Below are positions 17,591-22,872 of a stretch of DNA of 22,872 nt, piece by piece. Both the position numbers and the translations under genes were made by a program. This DNA is from an uncultured Pseudomonadota bacterium (GTDB lineage: Bacteria > BMS3Abin14): NCBI GenBank assembly GCA_964454175.1, contig CAYVSA010000017.1, forward strand, positions 1 through 22,872. Direction: 5' to 3'. How positions within the stretch are numbered: position 1 is the stretch's first letter; every line of letters starts with the position of its first letter. The notes beneath the pieces were generated by a model, which saw only the letters and a program-made list of their open reading frames with translations, ran no database searches and was not told the DNA's origin.

Positions 17591-18595
17591 ATGGTAAATA
17601 TTGACATGCCGATCCGGAAGATCCGGACATGCTTCGTCACCGGCGCGACAGGTTTTATTGGAAGTCACCTTGTGGAACTTCTGCTGGCCATGGATATGGA
17701 GGTCAGGTGTCTTCTGCGGGATCCGGACAGACCGGGGTGGCTGGAGGGCTTGCCCATCACAAAAGTAAAAGGAGATCTCTTCTCTTTGAGGTCTCTTGAG
17801 GATGGTGCTGCTGGAGCTGATGCCGTTTTTCACCTGGCTGGAGCCACAGCTGCTCCCAACCGGAGGGAATATTTCAATATCAATGCGCAGGGCTGCCTTA
17901 ACCTGGGACAGGCGGTCGGGCAGAACGGCGGTGCAAAGGTCCTTGTCTACGTGTCCAGTGCAGCAGCCGGCGGGCCGAGTGCGCCAGGATGTGCTGTCTC
18001 GGAGGACGACGAACCGGCGCCTGTAACTCATTACGGATGGAGCAAACTGGAGGGAGAGAAGCTTCTGAAGGGCCTTAAGGATCTTCCTCTGGTGATCGTA
18101 AGACCTCCGGCCGTTTATGGACCCAGGGACAGGGAGAACCTGCTGCTTTTCAAGCTGGCTTCAAAGGGCATTCTCCCCATCTTCAATGCCCTTGCCAGTT
18201 TAAGTCTTATTAACGTCGTGGACCTCGTTCGGGGGATATGGGCCGCGGCCGAGAGGGGAAGGCCAGGTTCCACATACAACCTGGCCGACGATCTGCCCGT
18301 AAAAACGGTCGACCTTCCTGATATAATGGGCCGTGCCATGGGCCGAAAGATCAGGGGTATTACAGTTCCGACAGGTTTTCTGCGCTCAGCGGCGTTTTTT
18401 TACGAAATGGCTGGGAAGTTATCGGGCAGGATGCCTGTTTTCAACATTCAAAAAGTCAACGAGTTGACAGCGCCCGGCTGGGTGGTCAATACTGACAGAG
18501 CCGCTGCCGAACTGGCTTTCAGTACCGAAGTGTCTCTGGAAGACGGGTTCCTGGAAGTCGCCCACTGGTACCGGGAAAAAGGATGGATCAGATGA
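17591..18595 (+). CDS. NAD(P)-dependent extended SDR/epimerase; candidate ceramide or 3-ketosphinganine reductase (CerR-like)
   Basis: VTGATGFIG Rossmann motif, VSS, YGWSK (YxxxK), RPPAVYGP. The specific function is inferred from the adjacent spt and bCerS-like genes. Start may be ATG 17606. Confidence 0.8.
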   Translation: MVNIDMPIRKIRTCFVTGATGFIGSHLVELLLAMDMEVRCLLRDPDRPGWLEGLPITKVKGDLFSLRSLEDGAAGADAVFHLAGATAAPNRREYFNINAQGCLNLGQAVGQNGGAKVLVYVSSAAAGGPSAPGCAVSEDDEPAPVTHYGWSKLEGEKLLKGLKDLPLVIVRPPAVYGPRDRENLLLFKLASKGILPIFNALASLSLINVVDLVRGIWAAAERGRPGSTYNLADDLPVKTVDLPDIMGRAMGRKIRGITVPTGFLRSAAFFYEMAGKLSGRMPVFNIQKVNELTAPGWVVNTDRAAAELAFSTEVSLEDGFLEVAHWYREKGWIR

Positions 18596-18613
18596 TAACA
18601 GAAGGAGGACATC

Positions 18614-19795
18614 GTGGGGATTTTTAATAAATGCGCAGAGTATACGGATCCCCAGAAAGTGAAGGATGCCGGTGTTTATCCCTACTTCAGGGTCATACAA
18701 TCGCAGCAGGACCCCGAAGTGATGATGGACGGGAAGAAAGTGGTGATGTGCGGATCCAACAACTACCTTGGTCTGGCCTCACATCCCAAGGTCAAGGAGG
18801 CTGCCTCCAAAGCGGTTGATCGGTACGGTACGGGGTGTGCCGGATCGAGGTTCCTGAACGGCACCCTGGACCTCCACGTGGAGCTGGAAGAAAAGCTTGC
18901 AGGATTTTTCAGAAAAGAAGAGGCCCTTGTTTACGCTACCGGCTATCAGACAAATCTTGGCGTCATCTCGGCTCTTGTAGGCAGGGGAGATGTTGTTCTC
19001 AGCGATCGACAGAACCACGCTTCCATAGTGGACGGCTGTCGGCTCAGTTATGGTGATCTCAAGAAATTCCGGCACAATGATCCCAAGGACCTTGAGCGCC
19101 TGCTTGTCAGTGAAAAAGACAGGAATAAGCTGGTGATCGTTGACGGCGTTTTCTCAATGGAAGGTGATATCGCACCCCTGGATGAGATCGTAGCTCTAAA
19201 GGGCAAGTATGACTTCGGGATCATGGTTGACGATGCCCACGGAATCGGGGTGCTGGGCAAGACAGGCAGGGGAACTGCCGAGCATTTCGGGGTTGAGGAT
19301 GAATCAGATGTCATAATGGGGACGTACAGCAAGTCTCTGGCAACTATTGGCGGGTTCGTAGCGGCTTCTTCTGAGATCATCGAGTTCCTGAAACACGTGA
19401 GCAGATCTATGATGTTTTCTGCCAGCCTGGCTCCCGGTATGGCCGCCGCGGTCAGCGCCGCCCTGGACATTATTGATCAGGAACCCGAGCGGAGAGATCA
19501 GCTCTGGAAAAACACCGAAAAGATGATGGAGGGGTTTACATCCATGGGGTTTGACATCGGCGATGCCGCTACCCCTATCATTCCGGTGATCGTTGGCGAC
19601 GATATGCTCACCTTCCAGGTAGCCTTGATGCTTCAGGAAGAAGGCGTTTTTGCCAACCCCATCGTTTCCCCCGCCACTCCGCCAGGAAGGGCTCTTATCA
19701 GGACGAGCTTCATGGCAACTCACACTTTTGAGCAGCTCGATCGTGTCCTTGAAGCGTTCGACAAGGTTGGTAAAGCAGTGGGGCTTATCACTTAG
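18614..19795 (+). CDS. spt: Alpha-oxoamine synthase, most likely serine palmitoyltransferase
   Basis: GVYPYF, GSNNYLGL, GSRFLNGT, NHASIVDG, DGVFSMEGD, DDAHG and PLP lysine motif GTYSKSLA. The SPT-like motifs and a bCerS-like neighbour favour SPT over BioF or Kbl. Confidence 0.8.
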   Translation: MGIFNKCAEYTDPQKVKDAGVYPYFRVIQSQQDPEVMMDGKKVVMCGSNNYLGLASHPKVKEAASKAVDRYGTGCAGSRFLNGTLDLHVELEEKLAGFFRKEEALVYATGYQTNLGVISALVGRGDVVLSDRQNHASIVDGCRLSYGDLKKFRHNDPKDLERLLVSEKDRNKLVIVDGVFSMEGDIAPLDEIVALKGKYDFGIMVDDAHGIGVLGKTGRGTAEHFGVEDESDVIMGTYSKSLATIGGFVAASSEIIEFLKHVSRSMMFSASLAPGMAAAVSAALDIIDQEPERRDQLWKNTEKMMEGFTSMGFDIGDAATPIIPVIVGDDMLTFQVALMLQEEGVFANPIVSPATPPGRALIRTSFMATHTFEQLDRVLEAFDKVGKAVGLIT

Positions 19796-19891
19796 GCGAT
19801 GTTCCACGACCCATGTCCCGTGACCCAGGGAATAAACATGAAACCGCTAGCCGGATCGAACTGCGCACAATAACTGACGTGGGAATGAATC

Positions 19892-21019
19892 ATGAGCATA
19901 AAAGTTGTTGAGGCGGAAAAGGGCAGGGCCTTCAGGGATTTCATTAACTTGCCCTGGATGATCCACAGCGGCGATCCCTACTGGGTGCCCCCTCTCAAAC
20001 GGGAGGTTGCAAAGCTCCTTTCAGTGCGGCACCCTTTCTATCGCAAAGCGGAACGAAAGATCTTTATCTGTTACAGGAATGGCCGGCCTGTTGGCCGGGT
20101 AGCAGGTGTCATCAACCACGCCCACAACGATTTTCACCAGGACAAAGTGGGGTTCTTCGGATTCTTCGAGTGTGTGCCTGATCAGGAAGTGACCCGTGCT
20201 CTTCTTGCTGAAGCCGAAGATTATCTCAGATCAAATGGTATGGACACTTCCCGGGGCCCAGTCAATCCCAGCACCAACGAAGAGTGCGGCCTTCTGATCG
20301 AAAACTTTCTCTCCCCTCCCTTTATAATGATGACCTATAACCCGCCCTATTACGCTGAATTACTGGAGGGTGCAGGTTACGGCAAGGCCAAGGATCTCTT
20401 CGCCTACTATTTCGACGTCGGCCAGAAGCTTCCAGACAGGCTGCAGCGACTGTCGGATGCTATCAGGAAGAGAGAGAAGGGACTCACCGTCAGGTTCCTG
20501 GATATGAATAACTTTGCTGCCGACCTGGATTTCGTCAAGATCATTTACAATGAGGCCTGGGAAAAAAACTGGGGATTTTTCCCCATGACCGACGACGAGA
20601 TAAACTACATGGCCAAGAACCTCAAGCCTATTGTTGACCCTGAAAAAGTGGCCTTCGCTTTCATTGATGGAGAACCAGCCGGCTTTCTCATGGCCCTTCC
20701 CGATTACAATCACGTCCTGCGCGTTTTCAATGGCCGGATCACGCCGTTCAATCTCCTGAGGGGTCTCCGGCTTGCAAAACGGCTGCGTACGGCCCGGGTT
20801 GTAACTCTGGGTGTCAGAGAGCAGTTCAGGAAAAGGGGAATAGAATCGCTCCTTTTTGCTATGGTGTGGCAAAAAGGGATCGACAGGGGCGAGCGGTACG
20901 GCGAATTTTCCTGGACTCTGGAGGACAACACGCTGGTGAACGAGACCTCGGAAAAAATATTCGGGGCCACTCGATACAAGACATACAGGATCTACGATAG
21001 AAGCCTGCGGGAAAGCTGA
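19892..21019 (+). CDS. GNAT-fold N-acyltransferase, bacterial ceramide synthase (bCerS)-like
   Basis: LPW...DPYWVPPL, VGRVA, GFFGFFE, RGPVNPSTNEECGLL, MMTYNPPYY, AWEKNWGF, LGV...FRKRG, SWTLEDN; directly downstream of spt. Confidence 0.8.
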   Translation: MSIKVVEAEKGRAFRDFINLPWMIHSGDPYWVPPLKREVAKLLSVRHPFYRKAERKIFICYRNGRPVGRVAGVINHAHNDFHQDKVGFFGFFECVPDQEVTRALLAEAEDYLRSNGMDTSRGPVNPSTNEECGLLIENFLSPPFIMMTYNPPYYAELLEGAGYGKAKDLFAYYFDVGQKLPDRLQRLSDAIRKREKGLTVRFLDMNNFAADLDFVKIIYNEAWEKNWGFFPMTDDEINYMAKNLKPIVDPEKVAFAFIDGEPAGFLMALPDYNHVLRVFNGRITPFNLLRGLRLAKRLRTARVVTLGVREQFRKRGIESLLFAMVWQKGIDRGERYGEFSWTLEDNTLVNETSEKIFGATRYKTYRIYDRSLRES

Positions 21020-21618
21020 TGCCCCTCGCGGACATCAGAGGGGAGATCCCCAGGACCTTTTTCCATGTTCTGGGCGGTCTGTTTCTGGGCGTTGTCGGCT
21101 TCACACTCCCAGAACCACTCAATAAGGCAGTACTGGGGATCCTGTTCCTGACAGCCGTTACGGTTGACACCGCAAGGCTCAGGAGCCCTGGATTTTCAGA
21201 GGTGATCGTCAAGGTGATCGGCCCATTCATGCGGCCATCGGAGAAAACTTCATATACGGGTTCACCGGCCTTCACTGCAGGTTTTTTACTTTCATTTTTC
21301 CTCTTTCCAAAACAAATCGCCCTGGCTGCTGTTGTTCCTCTGGTTATCGGTGACAGGGCGGCGGTCCTGGTGGGAAAGTCCTGGGGAAGCGTCAGGATCG
21401 GCAATAAGACCCTGGAAGGTTCCCTGGCCTGCTTTGTATCCACGCTTCTGGCCTATTATCTTGGTGCGAAGTTTTTACCCGCCCTTCTTCCCTTTCACAC
21501 CCTGTATCTTGCCGGGGCTGCCCTGGCGGCCACAGTGGTAGAGATGCTTCCAAGGCCTTTTAATGACAACCTCACAATACCCCTCGCAGCAGGCGCCCTG
21601 CTGGCCTTCCTCACCTGA
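21019..21618 (+). CDS. Polytopic membrane protein of the CTP-dependent dolichol/phytol/diacylglycerol kinase family
   Basis: R..FH, MRPSEK, GDRAAVLVGKSWG...KTLEGS and NDNL motifs; multiple TM segments; TGATG coupling to the bCerS-like gene. Confidence 0.8.
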   Translation: MPLADIRGEIPRTFFHVLGGLFLGVVGFTLPEPLNKAVLGILFLTAVTVDTARLRSPGFSEVIVKVIGPFMRPSEKTSYTGSPAFTAGFLLSFFLFPKQIALAAVVPLVIGDRAAVLVGKSWGSVRIGNKTLEGSLACFVSTLLAYYLGAKFLPALLPFHTLYLAGAALAATVVEMLPRPFNDNLTIPLAAGALLAFLT

Positions 21619-21638
21619 GGTCTGCTGGAGGGCTGACG

Positions 21639-22343
21639 ATGATGGGTGACCGGAAGAGCAATATGCCCAGAATGGCGCTTGCGGATGCTGTCCCCATTAT
21701 ACTGGGTTACATTCCCATGGGAGCTGCCTACGGTATCCTCGCCAGGCAGGCCGGTATTGAACTTTTTCCCACCATTTTCATGTCCATCGTTGTTTTTGCC
21801 GGGGCGAGCCAGTTCATCGCGGTGGGACTTCTTGCTGGTGGTGCTACACCTTTCGAGGTGGTGGCGACGACTTTTTTCGTCAACATGAGACACGTACTTA
21901 TGAGCGCCTCGCTCTCTCCATATTTCAGAAAAGTTAACAGGAAGATACTTCCTTTTATTGCGTGGGGAATTACCGATGAAACGTATGCTATCTCCATAGG
22001 CAGATTCAGGAGCGGGGAAGCGGACTACAGATACAGCCTGGTTCTCAATTACACAGCTTACCTGAGCTGGCTTACCGGGTCGGTTATGGGGGCTTTCGCG
22101 GGGTATCTTGTTCCATCGGCCCTTCAGGGCAGCCTTGAATTTGCCCTGTACTCCATGTTCACAGGCCTTGTGGTCCTCCAGGTAACAGATAAACTCCACG
22201 TTTTTGTGGCAGTAGCGGCAGCGGTGATGTCGACGCTGTTTTCCTTCTTTATGGGCGGGACATGGCACATTATCATGGCCTCATTGCTTGGAGCGACACT
22301 GGGATTGGTTTTAGAAAGTCTCTTTACCCAGAGTGAGCTGTGA
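21639..22343 (+). CDS. azlC: AzlC-family branched-chain amino acid exporter, large subunit
   Basis: GYIPMGAAYG, MSIVVFAGASQF, VNMRHVLMSASL, ITDETYA. Start could be ATG 21663. Confidence 0.9.
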   Translation: MMGDRKSNMPRMALADAVPIILGYIPMGAAYGILARQAGIELFPTIFMSIVVFAGASQFIAVGLLAGGATPFEVVATTFFVNMRHVLMSASLSPYFRKVNRKILPFIAWGITDETYAISIGRFRSGEADYRYSLVLNYTAYLSWLTGSVMGAFAGYLVPSALQGSLEFALYSMFTGLVVLQVTDKLHVFVAVAAAVMSTLFSFFMGGTWHIIMASLLGATLGLVLESLFTQSEL

Positions 22344-22506
22344 GAGGGTTTGGGCATTTCCGGGTACCGAAACATCGAAATCAGGAGATTAAACATTAGA
22401 TCATCAGAAGTTAGAACATTATTAAATCACGTTGGACGTTGGACAAGGTCATCATCAACACTCTGGACCAGTTACCCTGGGCCGTGGGACTGAATAAAAA
22501 ACGAAT

Positions 22507-22827
22507 ATGGATACTAACAGATTAATTCTCATTTTCCTCGGTATGGCCGCCGCCACCTACTTTCCGCGGCTGCTGCCCCTGGCAGCCCTGTCCAGGGTTG
22601 AGCTGCCCCGGATAGTGATGCGGTGGCTGGCCTATCTGCCCGCGGCCATTTTATCCGCCCTGATATTTCCGGGAGCGATCCAGCGGGGGGGTGCAATAGA
22701 TATCAGTGCCGGGAATCCCGGGATATGGGCCCTGATCATCAGCTTCGGAGTGGCCATCTGGACGAGAAATCTCATTCTGACGGTGATAGTCGGAGGGGTG
22801 GCTATGTATGTGCTGCAGTTTATCTGA
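22507..22827 (+). CDS. azlD: AzlD-family branched-chain amino acid exporter, small subunit
   Basis: GMAAATYFPRLLP...WLAYLPAAILSALIFP...TRNLILTVIVG; follows azlC. Confidence 0.88.
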   Translation: MDTNRLILIFLGMAAATYFPRLLPLAALSRVELPRIVMRWLAYLPAAILSALIFPGAIQRGGAIDISAGNPGIWALIISFGVAIWTRNLILTVIVGGVAMYVLQFI

Positions 22828-22872
22828 TTGGACCAGGTGACCATTTGCAGGAATAAATTAGTGATCCCGGGT

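Noticed and set aside
18614-19795. Annotation as bioF or kbl
   Set aside because: No biotin or tdh genes are nearby, and the motifs and bCerS-like neighbour fit serine palmitoyltransferase better.
3350-22268. Long antisense or alternate-frame ORFs (e.g. 3350-4117, 8065-9015, 9865-10746, 21495-22268)
   Set aside because: They are shadows of well-supported genes and carry no recognisable motifs.

Overview
Bacterial chromosomal window of about 22.9 kb whose gene content suggests an anaerobic deltaproteobacterium-like organism (inference). From left to right it holds: a minus-strand redox operon (CoA-binding protein, an unannotated micro-ORF, trxB and two FmdB-type zinc-ribbon proteins); a divergent MBL-fold hydrolase; purU; a stand-alone PilZ protein; and a mercury-methylation pair hgcA-hgcB on the minus strand. 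A long plus-strand run follows: gatCAB-mtnA-glnE-ilvE-polA, a predicted ceramide synthesis cluster (SDR reductase, serine palmitoyltransferase, bCerS-like GNAT, CTP-dependent lipid-kinase-like membrane protein) and azlC-azlD. The most notable observation is two in-frame UGA codons in the trxB operon, each followed 16-17 nt later by a stem-loop with the same apical loop, C-CGUG(U/A)-G. This suggests two missed selenoproteins: a 28-aa membrane-anchored peptide ending GGGGG-U-S-S-C and an FmdB protein ending GGGFS-U-A. Also notable are a divergent, N-terminally extended HgcA and a candidate CTP-dependent sphingolipid kinase. No tRNA, rRNA, CRISPR array or intact mobile element was seen. All calls come from reading the sequence only; no searches were run.
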